Shown here: piece after piece, positions 1-8,336 of the stretch | Position numbering within the stretch: the stretch's first letter is position 1 | How the letters are laid out: the number at the start of each line of letters is the position of its first letter | IMG/VR virus record: IMGVR_UViG_3300000929_000001 | Source of the DNA: a virus | Length of the DNA stretch: 38,747 nucleotides | Reading direction: 5' to 3' (one strand) | Notes under the pieces: model-generated | What the model saw: only the letters and a program-made list of their open reading frames with translations | Databases searched by the model: none | What the model was told of the DNA's origin: nothing | Position numbers and translations under genes: made by a program

Positions 1-695
1 CCGATCAAGCGATGGCCAAGCGTTGGATTCGCCCGCAGCAATACGACTGCGCGAAACTCGTTGACGAGTTTGATGAGCAACTCCTCGGTGAGGTTGTCCT
101 TCCGACATCCCCGATCATCCAATCGCATGCTCAAGCTTACGCTCGCACCTGCGACACGATCATCATCGGCGCTCTCGGCGGCACTGCCTACACAGGCACG
201 ACCGGCACAACGGCCACCGTATTGCCAGCAGGCCAGAAGGTCGCTGTCAACTATGTGGAATCCGGCACTGCTGCCAACAGCGGTCTCACCATTGCCAAGC
301 TCCGCGCTGCGAAGTTCCTCTTCGACAGCAACGAAATTGACGAGGAAGAGGAGCGCATCATGGTTGTGTCCGCCAAGCAACTCCAAGACCTGCTCCGCAC
401 GGTCGAGGCGACATCGGCAGACTACAACAGCGTTCGCGCCTTGGTGGACGGGGCTTTGAATACCTTCATGGGATTCAAATTCCGCCGCAGCCAACTCCTC
501 ACAAAAGTCTCCACCGTTCGTTCCTGCTACGCCTACGTCAAGTCGGGCGTGATCTTGGCCGAGCGTGGACTGAAGACTCACATGGACGTCCGCACGGACC
601 TCTCGCACTCCCTTCAAATCCGCTCCGTGGCCAGCCTCGCCGCTGTCCGCATGGAAGAGAAGAAGGTCGTCGAGATCGCTTGCGACGAAGCTTAA
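1..695 (+). CDS. Major capsid protein, 3' part (gene wraps the contig junction; 5' part is 38514..38747)
   Basis: The frame of ORF 12..695 is open back to nt 1. nt 1..23 are identical to 38725..38747, which joins it in frame to the ATG at 38514 (about 301 aa in total). It lies after the scaffold gene and before the adaptor genes, as in T7-like modules. A strong terminator follows. Confidence 0.8.
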   Translation, partial: DQAMAKRWIRPQQYDCAKLVDEFDEQLLGEVVLPTSPIIQSHAQAYARTCDTIIIGALGGTAYTGTTGTTATVLPAGQKVAVNYVESGTAANSGLTIAKLRAAKFLFDSNEIDEEEERIMVVSAKQLQDLLRTVEATSADYNSVRALVDGALNTFMGFKFRRSQLLTKVSTVRSCYAYVKSGVILAERGLKTHMDVRTDLSHSLQIRSVASLAAVRMEEKKVVEIACDEA

Positions 696-710
696 TTCAA
701 GCACCCCGCT

Positions 711-746
711 GGCAGACCGGGACAATGTCTGCCACCCACTTTTTTA
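711..746 (+). terminator. Rho-independent terminator after the capsid gene
   Basis: GGCAGAC (711-717) pairs with GTCTGCC (727-733) around a 9-nt loop, followed by a TTTTTT run (740-745). Confidence 0.7.
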
Positions 747-765
747 ACTCTCTCAAACTGCTTCA

Positions 766-1776
766 ATGACGGACGTTCAAATCTGCAACTTGGCCCTCGC
801 TCGACTAGGTGATTCCCGTATCACCACGCTCGCCGATGCGACCGCACAGGCGCAGTATTGCACGCTCTTCTACGTTCAGACCGTAGCCGAACTCCAAGCC
901 GAGTTCGATTGGCAGTTCTGCCGCAAGCAGTACAACCTCATTACCGCCACGACCCCGCTCGGTGGTTACACCTACCAGTACGCTCTACCCAGCGACTACA
1001 TCCGCTCACTTCGTGTCGCCAACATCGACGAGAGCGAGAACTTCGGCCAATGGGAAATCCTTGGCACTAATCTCCAAACCAATTTCGCCTCTCCCGTCAC
1101 GTTGGATTACATCGCCAACATCACGGACGCCAGCAAGTACCCGGCGATCTTCACTGAGCTACTTGCCGTCAAGCTCGCAGGCGTCCTTGCCATGCCACTC
1201 ACTGGCAGTAAAGACCTCTTCAAGCAGACCGTGGAACTCTACATGGCCATGCTCGGCAAGCCTGCTTTCGCCAATGCCACGGAGAAGACGCAAGCGGCAC
1301 GCATCACCGCAGGCACACTGACCGCGACTGAGATTTGCAGACAAGCGATCCTGCGTGTCGGCAGCGCCAATCTCTTTGAACCCTTCGGCGAACCGATGGC
1401 ACTTGCTCAGTCGTTCTACGAGGTCACCCGCGACGAACTCCTCGCCGATTTCCAGTGGTCGTTCACCCGCTCCCAAATCTCCATTACCAAGGATGCCGCT
1501 AATCCCACGACCGGCTACGCCTACCGCTACGCCATCCCCGCAGGGACGGGGCAGATCATCCGGGTCAATAACATCGACGATGCCGACAACACCGCAAAGT
1601 GGGAAGTCGTCGGTGGCTACATCCACACCGATCTAGTGACCCCAATCGTCGTGGACATCACAACCAAGGTCACCGACCCCTCCAAGTTCCCACCCATCTT
1701 CACGCACATCCTCACCGTCACTCTCGCTATCAAGCTCAATAGCATAGTTCAACCGCATAGCGCACCTACCCAATGA
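766..1776 (+). CDS. Head-tail adaptor / tail tubular protein A (T7 gp11-like), two tandem domains
   Basis: 336 aa containing two ~168-aa units. Each starts with I-C-x-x-A-(L/I)-x-R-(L/V)-G (ICNLALARLGDS, ICRQAILRVGSA), followed by (F/W)xW(Q/S)F, then LRV-N-ID..ENFG.WE. This recalls the gp11 N-terminus (INDILASIGEPP). It sits directly after the capsid gene. Confidence 0.65.
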   Translation: MTDVQICNLALARLGDSRITTLADATAQAQYCTLFYVQTVAELQAEFDWQFCRKQYNLITATTPLGGYTYQYALPSDYIRSLRVANIDESENFGQWEILGTNLQTNFASPVTLDYIANITDASKYPAIFTELLAVKLAGVLAMPLTGSKDLFKQTVELYMAMLGKPAFANATEKTQAARITAGTLTATEICRQAILRVGSANLFEPFGEPMALAQSFYEVTRDELLADFQWSFTRSQISITKDAANPTTGYAYRYAIPAGTGQIIRVNNIDDADNTAKWEVVGGYIHTDLVTPIVVDITTKVTDPSKFPPIFTHILTVTLAIKLNSIVQPHSAPTQ

Positions 1777-3419
1777 AATCCGAAGAACTCTTCAAAGAAC
1801 TGCAATTCCTCATGTCCAAGCCTGCCCTCCTTGAGGCAGTCGAGGCAGTCGCCAACTACTCTGGCACTCTCACCACGACCGCAGCGGAAATCATCCGGCA
1901 AGCGGTCATGCGGGTCGGCAGCGCCGACACGTTCAAGCAGCAAGGCCAACCCTTTGTATTTGCGGCCAAATTCTATGGGCAGACGGTCAACGAAATCCTT
2001 TCCGACTACGATTGGCGTTTCGCCCGCATGCAGGCATCGGGCATCACTTCAACCCCTCTTTCATTCGGGTACGATTTCAAATACGCAAGCCCAACTGGGG
2101 CCATCAAGGTTCTGCGCGTCAATGGCATTGATTCCACGGAGAACTTCGGCACATGGGAAGAGGTCGGGGGATTTATCCATACGAATATTGTTTCCCCGAT
2201 TTCGGTGGATTACATCGCCCTTCCTGCCGACACCACCTTCCCGGCGATCTTCATCGAAATGGTCGTTGTGCGTCTCGCCTACAAGCTCTCCATGGCACTT
2301 GGTGCAGGCGAGCAAGCGATGGCGGCAATGAAGGAGATGGAAAGTCTAGTTGCTCGTCCAGCACTGCAACGGGAAATCACTTCTGTCGCAGACGCCTCCT
2401 CATCGAACACCATTGTGAACCGCTCGCAGATTTGCAAGCAGGCCATCATGCGCCTTGGGTCCATCGATACTTTGAAGGGCCAACCGATGGTCTTTGCGAA
2501 TTCTTTCTACGATCACACTCTGGAAGAACTCCTCTCCGATGCGCCTTGGGCCTTCGCGAAAAAACAAGTCACTCTCCTCGTTGGGACCGCACCAACACAA
2601 GGGTACACGAAGAAATACACGCTACCGACCGATGTGATTCAAGTCCTGCGAGTCAACAACATCGACACCACGGAAAACTTTGGACAATGGGAAATCATGG
2701 GGGGATTCCTCCACACGGATATCGGCGCTCCGATCATCATCGACTACACCGCTCATATCACTGACGTGGCTGAATTTCCCGCGCCATTTATCGAGGCGCT
2801 CATCGCTCGCATCGCATCAAAGATTGCTCTGCCGCTGACTGGCAGTGGCGATCTCGTCGCCGCCATGACAACCGTGGCAATGGAGACCATGCAACGCCCC
2901 AGCGTGAAAATTCTGATCGAGAAATCCGCGAAACCCCGCTTGACCACCTCGGCTAACTCGGTCTCGGAAATCTGCCGCCAAGCCATCCTCCGGGTGGGAA
3001 GTGCCGATGTCTTCAAGCCGTATGGCGAGCCGATGTCCATCGCGACATCGCTCTTCGACCAGACTCGCAACGAACTCCTCGCCGACTTCGATTGGCAGTT
3101 TGCACGCTCGCAAACAACCTTGGCAGCAGACGCTGCGCCTCCGGCCTTCGGTTACGCCAAACGATATGCCCTTCCTGTCTCAACTCTCAAGGTGCTTCGC
3201 GTCAATGGCGTCGATGAGGACGAGAACTTTGGCCAATGGGAAATCGTTTCCGGTTTCATCCACACCAACTTCACTCCGACCATCCAACTGGAATCCACCG
3301 CCATCGTTTCCGATGCGACCAAGTTCCCGCCGGTATTCACGAACATGCTCACGGTCACCCTCGCGATGAAGCTTTCCCAACTCATGGAATCTCAACCCAC
3401 CGCAGCGCCTCGCCAATAA
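1773..3419 (+). CDS. Head-tail adaptor (gp11-like), three tandem domains
   Basis: 548 aa. ATGA overlap with the upstream ORF. Three units start at IIRQAVMRVGSAD, ICKQAIMRLGSID and ICRQAILRVGSAD, each with the W.FA and LRVN.ID..ENFG.WE motifs. Confidence 0.65.
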   Translation: MKSEELFKELQFLMSKPALLEAVEAVANYSGTLTTTAAEIIRQAVMRVGSADTFKQQGQPFVFAAKFYGQTVNEILSDYDWRFARMQASGITSTPLSFGYDFKYASPTGAIKVLRVNGIDSTENFGTWEEVGGFIHTNIVSPISVDYIALPADTTFPAIFIEMVVVRLAYKLSMALGAGEQAMAAMKEMESLVARPALQREITSVADASSSNTIVNRSQICKQAIMRLGSIDTLKGQPMVFANSFYDHTLEELLSDAPWAFAKKQVTLLVGTAPTQGYTKKYTLPTDVIQVLRVNNIDTTENFGQWEIMGGFLHTDIGAPIIIDYTAHITDVAEFPAPFIEALIARIASKIALPLTGSGDLVAAMTTVAMETMQRPSVKILIEKSAKPRLTTSANSVSEICRQAILRVGSADVFKPYGEPMSIATSLFDQTRNELLADFDWQFARSQTTLAADAAPPAFGYAKRYALPVSTLKVLRVNGVDEDENFGQWEIVSGFIHTNFTPTIQLESTAIVSDATKFPPVFTNMLTVTLAMKLSQLMESQPTAAPRQ

Positions 3420-4895
3420 ATGAAGTCCGAGGAGTTATTCAAGGAACTCCAGTTCCTCGCGGGCAAGACCTCGCTCAAGAGCGCAGTCGAGACCCGTGCC
3501 TCCTCGCGTCCATCGTCTATCCTCACCGAAGACGAACTCTGTCGGCAAGCCATCCTACGGGTCGGAACTGCCGAGCAGTTCGGCCCCTCCTCGCAGGCGA
3601 TGCTCCTCGCGAAATCGCTCTACCCACAGGTGCGCGATGCCATGCTCCTCGCCGGATCGTGGACGTGGGCCATGAAGAGCGGGACCGTCATCGAGACCCT
3701 GCCTCGCCCAGAGTACAAGTGGAGTTATCGCTACCCGATCCCGTCCGACTGCCTGCGCGTCTTCCGGGTCAATGACTACGATTATTCCACCGGCGATTCC
3801 TCATGGGAGGTCGCAGGCAACTTTGTTCTGAGCAACGCCGATTCCGGCACGCCCGCTTGGGTCGTAGACCGATCCTACGAGGTCGGCAATGCCGTTTCCA
3901 ATAACGGAGTCGTCTACCGATGCCTCGTTGCAGGCACGACCAAACAACCCGGCGTCACCACGGGATGGACAACCGACTGGGATGTCTGGTTAGGCAAGGC
4001 GATCACGCTGGAATACGTCAAGAAGGTCACCGATGTCACCCTCTTCGATTCCCTCTTCATTGACCTGCTCACGGCCAATCTCGCCTCAAAGCTTGCCATT
4101 CCGCTCACTGGCGATGCCAACAAGGCGCTCCTCCTTGCCAAGGACAGCGATTCCCTTGCCAAAAGCCCAGCCATCCGCCGGGACTCGACCGAACGCAAGG
4201 GCCGAATCAAGCCCGCTTGGATGAGCAGCAAGCTCGTCTCCTCCCGCAATGGCGGCGATGGCATCGATGCCTCGCAGTCTTCGGGTGGTGGTCCTGCTGG
4301 TGGCGTCAGCTACCCCGCTCTTCATGTGACTCTCGGCAGTGTCCGCACCGTGACCGGCGCAGAACTTCCCTTTGTGACAAACACGGGTGCAAACGACACC
4401 GCTGTCTTCAACTTCGGTCTCCCGCAGGCAGGCGTCATCGACTCGGCCAAAAACACCTTGTACGGCAACGGGGTCGCCAAGACATTCGCAATCACCGGCC
4501 TCAAGTCCAGCGACCCGAACCACGTCATCGTCTCCATCAACGGGGTCGTACAAGAACCGACCATCGACTACCTCGTCAATCACGGCGCCGGCACGATCAC
4601 GTTTTCCACGGCTATACCTAACCTAGCCAAGGTCGTCGTCGTCGTTCTCGGTCTCTATTCCGCCTCGCAGCGTGTTCCCGACCTGTACGTCCACGCCTTC
4701 GCTACCAATACCGCAGGCACATTCAATTTCTACGGCATGCTGCTCAACTCCGATGTCCCTGCCACCGGATCGCCCGCCGCAGTCGCCAAGTGGACGATCA
4801 CCCGCACGGCAGTGTCGTCCGCAGGATCGATCACCTCCAGCGCCACCGCAACCAACGTGGCTTGGAATAACCGGGAGACATCGACCTACGCATGA
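3420..4895 (+). CDS. Adaptor-domain / fibre-like fusion protein (one gp11-like domain with a CBM5/12-like insert, plus a C-terminal fibre-like region)
   Basis: The ATG immediately follows, in frame, the TAA of the previous ORF. The N-terminal leader MKSEELFKELQFL is identical to that of ORF 1773. Adaptor unit LCRQAILRVGTAE..LRVFRVNDYD. Insert AWVVDRSYEVGNAVSNNGVVYRCL...W. C-terminal pattern YGNGVAKTFAITG...VSINGVVQEPTIDYLVNHGAGTITFS is typical of podovirus fibre N-domains. Confidence 0.6.
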   Translation: MKSEELFKELQFLAGKTSLKSAVETRASSRPSSILTEDELCRQAILRVGTAEQFGPSSQAMLLAKSLYPQVRDAMLLAGSWTWAMKSGTVIETLPRPEYKWSYRYPIPSDCLRVFRVNDYDYSTGDSSWEVAGNFVLSNADSGTPAWVVDRSYEVGNAVSNNGVVYRCLVAGTTKQPGVTTGWTTDWDVWLGKAITLEYVKKVTDVTLFDSLFIDLLTANLASKLAIPLTGDANKALLLAKDSDSLAKSPAIRRDSTERKGRIKPAWMSSKLVSSRNGGDGIDASQSSGGGPAGGVSYPALHVTLGSVRTVTGAELPFVTNTGANDTAVFNFGLPQAGVIDSAKNTLYGNGVAKTFAITGLKSSDPNHVIVSINGVVQEPTIDYLVNHGAGTITFSTAIPNLAKVVVVVLGLYSASQRVPDLYVHAFATNTAGTFNFYGMLLNSDVPATGSPAAVAKWTITRTAVSSAGSITSSATATNVAWNNRETSTYA

Positions 4896-5122
4896 CAACC
4901 ATCACCGATGCCAACCTAGCGCAGACACTCGATCTCAGCAATATTGACCTCATCCTGCCCGAAATCGCGCAGTCCATCGTCGAATATCCGACCCGTGCCG
5001 ACTTCCCAGAGATCGGTCGCTCGGCCCGACTCTACATCGACCTCGCCGAAGGGCAGACCTACCGCTGGCAGGAAACCACCTACGTCCTCCTCAATGCCCT
5101 CATCGACTGCGGTGACTTCTAA
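4892..5122 (+). CDS. Small tail-associated hypothetical protein
   Basis: 76 aa, ATGA overlap, high GC3. The motif YPTRADFPEIGRSARLYIDLAEGQTYRW is of a type often seen in fibre-associated proteins. Confidence 0.5.
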   Translation: MTTITDANLAQTLDLSNIDLILPEIAQSIVEYPTRADFPEIGRSARLYIDLAEGQTYRWQETTYVLLNALIDCGDF

Positions 5123-5173
5123 TCTTCCCCAAAACAACAACACAAACCCAACAAAACCAACACAATAAATCAA

Positions 5174-6112
5174 ATGGCGAACCCAATCATCAAAATCAAA
5201 CGGGGCAGTGGTCAGCCCTCATCGTTGCAACTCTCTGAGTTGGCTTATGATACACTAAACAAGTCACTTTTCATCGGAACGGCAGAAGGCGTTCTCGCGA
5301 TTGGTGGCGAAAACGTCTTTGCGAAAAAGACTTACGCAGATTCCGCGGTCAGCGCCGAAGCCTCGCTTCGCTCCGCAGCGGACTCGACACTCACCTCCAA
5401 TTTAAATGCAGAAATTTCGCGTGCAACTGCCGCTGAAGGAGTAGTTTCTGCAAATTTGGCAACTGAAATTACCGATAGAACCTCGGCAGTGTCCTCCGTG
5501 ACATCCTCGCTGAATTCGGAAATCACCCGCGCCCAAGCTGCTGAATCCACTCTCACCTCGGCAGTGAGCGCAGAGGTATCGCGTGCGTCCGCCGCTGAGG
5601 TGGCACTCGGAACCCGCATCGATAACGTGTTGAGCAATGTTGACGGCGCAGCCCTCGACAGCTTGACGGAAGTCGTTAGCGCCTTCCAAGCCGCCGATGG
5701 CACTATCAACGGAGCCATCACTAGCCTCGCCGCCAGCGCAGCCAGCAACCTCACAACAGAGGTCAACCGCGCCACTGCCGCCGAAGCGAGCATCATTGCT
5801 TCCGCGACGACCCTCGCCGGTAGAGTGACGACCGCAGAGAGCGACATCAATACCCTCGAAACCGACCTCGCCGCAGAGGTAAGCGCCCGCACAAGTGCTG
5901 TATCTTCAGAGGCTTCCGCAAGGACTTCTGCCGATTCCGCGCTCGGAGTTCGCATCGACAACGTAGTGACCGCTGCAACGGCCCTTACCTCAAGGGTTAC
6001 CGCCGCAGAGGCAGACATCCTCTCAGAGGCTTCCACCCGTGCATCGGCAGTTTCTGCCGTATCGGCTCGCGTGAGCGCCCTTGAATCGACCATCGACGGA
6101 GGCACTTACTAG
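5174..6112 (+). CDS. Tail fibre protein (coiled-coil shaft)
   Basis: 312 aa. The N-terminus IKIKRGSGQPSSLQLSELAYDTLNKSLFIG is a common fibre N-terminal motif. It is followed by long A/S/T-rich heptad-like repeats (ISRATAAE, ITRAQAAE, VSRASAAE, VNRATAAE). Confidence 0.7.
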   Translation: MANPIIKIKRGSGQPSSLQLSELAYDTLNKSLFIGTAEGVLAIGGENVFAKKTYADSAVSAEASLRSAADSTLTSNLNAEISRATAAEGVVSANLATEITDRTSAVSSVTSSLNSEITRAQAAESTLTSAVSAEVSRASAAEVALGTRIDNVLSNVDGAALDSLTEVVSAFQAADGTINGAITSLAASAASNLTTEVNRATAAEASIIASATTLAGRVTTAESDINTLETDLAAEVSARTSAVSSEASARTSADSALGVRIDNVVTAATALTSRVTAAEADILSEASTRASAVSAVSARVSALESTIDGGTY

Positions 6113-6122
6113 TCCTTCCACC

Positions 6123-6149
6123 GCCTCCGGGGTTCGATCCCCCGGAGGC
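6123..6149 (+). other. Intergenic 10-bp GC-rich hairpin with a T-loop-like loop
   Basis: GCCTCCGGGG (6123-6132), loop TTCGATC, CCCCGGAGGC (6140-6149). No U-tract follows. Confidence 0.6.
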
Positions 6150-6163
6150 AACCCCATTCAATA

Positions 6164-6532
6164 ATGGCAACAATCATACCCAAAAAATCCACGGTAGCAG
6201 GCAAAGTCCCGACGACTAGCGATTTAGGTCTCGGAGAGATTTGCCTTAATCACGCTGACCACATCCTCTATTCCCGCCATCCGGGGACGGGAGCGGTCTA
6301 CGCCATCGGAGGAGGCAGCGCAGCGGTCGAACGCTTCTGGGCCTTCGCTCTTAGCGGCAATACCGTCTACCTCGCCAGCATTTCCACATCCGACTTTCCT
6401 TCCAGCGGCAGCGTCTATGACGTGGCCCTCTGGGACATAACCAAAACAACAACCAATGACAATGGAGACGTAGTCTCCGAAAGCTCCGCAATCGGAGCTT
6501 GGAATAACAAACAAAACCTCACTTACGCATAA
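6164..6532 (+). CDS. Short fibre-like protein
   Basis: 122 aa. The N-terminus KKSTVAGKVPTTSDLGLGEICLNHADHILYSR parallels the N-terminus of ORF 5174. The C-terminus ...AIGAWNNKQNLTYA parallels the C-terminus of ORF 3420 (...NVAWNNRETSTYA). Confidence 0.6.
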   Translation: MATIIPKKSTVAGKVPTTSDLGLGEICLNHADHILYSRHPGTGAVYAIGGGSAAVERFWAFALSGNTVYLASISTSDFPSSGSVYDVALWDITKTTTNDNGDVVSESSAIGAWNNKQNLTYA

Positions 6533-6536
6533 ACCT

Positions 6537-6818
6537 ATGAACGCTACAAACCCACTCCAAATCGACGGCAAATCCTACCCGAAATTTTCGCTCAACTTGG
6601 CCATCACCGGCAAGTATAACGGCGATGGTACTTCGGACGCCAATGTCGCCATGCGCCTTGTCCCGACTGCCATCGAAAACGGCGAGGTCATCACCGCCGA
6701 CTCTGCCGCCATCGGCATCGCTCTCGGATCACTTTCGGGATCGGACGAAGCCACCCAGCAAGCCGTGGGCGCGATCCAAGCCGCCCTCCAAACCTACATC
6801 AACGCGAAAGGACTTTAA
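6537..6818 (+). CDS. Hypothetical protein (tail module)
   Basis: 93-aa ORF, tightly packed between fibre genes, with coding-like composition. Confidence 0.5.
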   Translation: MNATNPLQIDGKSYPKFSLNLAITGKYNGDGTSDANVAMRLVPTAIENGEVITADSAAIGIALGSLSGSDEATQQAVGAIQAALQTYINAKGL

Positions 6819-6821
6819 GTT

Positions 6822-8336
6822 ATGGCGCTTATTATTTCATCGCAAAGCGGAAATTTTAGCACGGGATCAACTTGGGTCGGAGGCATTGTGCCGGGCGCAG
6901 CGGACGAGGCGAGAGCTTCGACGGGTCACACCGTCACTATTAACCAAAGCGTAACAGTCACAACAATTAGCATTTCTGGAACTGGTATATTCCAACTTTC
7001 TGATGGAGTAACTCTGACAGGGAATATCAGTGCTTCTGGCACGGCAACCGCATCAGTTGCCTTTGGATTAGTATCTCCAGCGACAGCATCAATTATTGGT
7101 AATTTAAACGGGGGAGTGGGGTCAAACTCGCTTGCTATCGAAACAACAATAGGTTCTAGCGGAACGCTAAATGTCATAGGAAATTGCAACAATAAAGCAA
7201 TAATACACAAAGGTTCTGGAATTTTAAATGTATACGGAAATCTATTATCTTCAGCAATGTCTGGATCAACAGACACAATTGTAGTAACAACTACTGGAAT
7301 TTTAAATTTATACGGAAATGCAACCGCTGGCATCGCGTCGAATCGATCTATCGTTGTGACTTCAAATGGAATCGTAAATGTTATTGGAAATGTAACTGGA
7401 GGATCGGGAGATGTTGGCGTTGGAAATTCATCCACCGGAACAGTAAATATTACTGGAAATGTCATTGCTGGAAATGTCGCTGCCGTTCAATCCATACTTG
7501 GCGGAACATTGCGAGTTTCTGGCTCAATTATTTCGGCTGTCGATGGGAGGCTAGCAGTATATGCTACAAAGATGCTTTGCTCGCCACAACCAGCATTAGC
7601 AAAAGTCAGATTCGCACTAAACGGCAGCGGGGGCTATGTCGATATGTTCACCGCCGACAACTCGTTCGGCCAAGCCAGCCCCACCGATGTCCGCTCTGGC
7701 GTGAGCTACGCCAGCGGCAACCTCACCGGACGCCTCACCGTCCCCGCTCGCGGATCGGTGGCGCTCTCGGTAAACTACGGGCCGTCGATGCCATTCACGG
7801 CTACCCGCAGCGGCACGACCGCCACGGCTACGCTGGCCTACAGCCACCCTTACCAAGTCGGCGACACCTTCACGGTCTCAGGAGCTTTTTACTCCGATTG
7901 GAATGGCGACTACACGGTGGCCTCGGTCGTTTCCGGCACATCAATCACCTTCAGTGTGCCTGACACCCTTCCAGCCTCGACCGGCGCGGGAGCCGTCCTT
8001 CAGACTAAAGGCACCGCCGTCCTAGACGGAGCCAGCGTTGCCTCTGCCGTGTGGAGCGCAGCCGCCCGCACGATCACCGGCGGATTGGTCGATACCGCGA
8101 CAACGCTCACGAATGCGCCAACGGTTCCAAGTGTAGTCCAAATCCGCCAAGAGATGGACACCAACTCCACCAAGCTGGCGAATCTGGATGCCACGGTATC
8201 AAGCCGCCTCGCCTCCTCGGTCAGCACCAACATCACGGCCATAAAAGCGAAAACAGACCTGCTCAATACCGACAGATTGGCCCAGTGCGCCACGACGAGC
8301 ATCGTAGGGTCGCTCATCGCGCAATCCAACTCATGA
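6822..8336 (+). CDS. Tail spike / fibre with beta-helix-type repeats
   Basis: 504 aa. The N-terminus GSTWVGGIVPGAADEARASTGHTVTINQSVTV is followed by 5-6 repeats of about 23 aa, x-G-x-(L/V)-N-(V/L/I)-x-G-N (LNVIGN, LNVYGN, LNLYGN, VNVIGN, VNITGN). Confidence 0.6.
   Translation: MALIISSQSGNFSTGSTWVGGIVPGAADEARASTGHTVTINQSVTVTTISISGTGIFQLSDGVTLTGNISASGTATASVAFGLVSPATASIIGNLNGGVGSNSLAIETTIGSSGTLNVIGNCNNKAIIHKGSGILNVYGNLLSSAMSGSTDTIVVTTTGILNLYGNATAGIASNRSIVVTSNGIVNVIGNVTGGSGDVGVGNSSTGTVNITGNVIAGNVAAVQSILGGTLRVSGSIISAVDGRLAVYATKMLCSPQPALAKVRFALNGSGGYVDMFTADNSFGQASPTDVRSGVSYASGNLTGRLTVPARGSVALSVNYGPSMPFTATRSGTTATATLAYSHPYQVGDTFTVSGAFYSDWNGDYTVASVVSGTSITFSVPDTLPASTGAGAVLQTKGTAVLDGASVASAVWSAAARTITGGLVDTATTLTNAPTVPSVVQIRQEMDTNSTKLANLDATVSSRLASSVSTNITAIKAKTDLLNTDRLAQCATTSIVGSLIAQSNS

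Noticed and set aside
5332-6105. Long minus-strand and alternative-frame ORFs in the track. Examples: 5332..6105 -, 6926..7465 -, 12578..13180 -, 16648..17529 -, 18832..19740 -, 20044..20808 -, 20802..21503 -, 31075..31758 -, 36875..37513 -.
   Set aside because: Each lies entirely inside a well-supported + strand gene. Their products are R/A/S/G/P-rich and low in complexity, as expected for off-frame reading of GC3-rich coding DNA. None has its own intergenic space or start context.
6123-6149. The hairpin as a tRNA or tmRNA gene.
   Set aside because: Only a T-arm-like stem-loop is present. There is no acceptor stem, D-arm or anticodon arm in the flanks.
4690-6532. Possible diversity-generating retroelement (TR/VR pair), given the Mtd-like fibre N-termini and the two similar C-terminal modules.
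   Set aside because: No reverse transcriptase ORF exists anywhere in the genome. In my hand alignment of the two 3' ends, the differences are not restricted to adenine positions and the DNA identity is low.
8085-8099. Degenerate motif-like sites, e.g. GGATTGGTCGATACC at 8085 and GTTGGCTTATGATAC at about 5239.
   Set aside because: The first matches only about 11 of 15 positions. The second needs an indel. Neither can be distinguished from chance without a formal position-weight-matrix scan, so they are not counted among the 11 copies.
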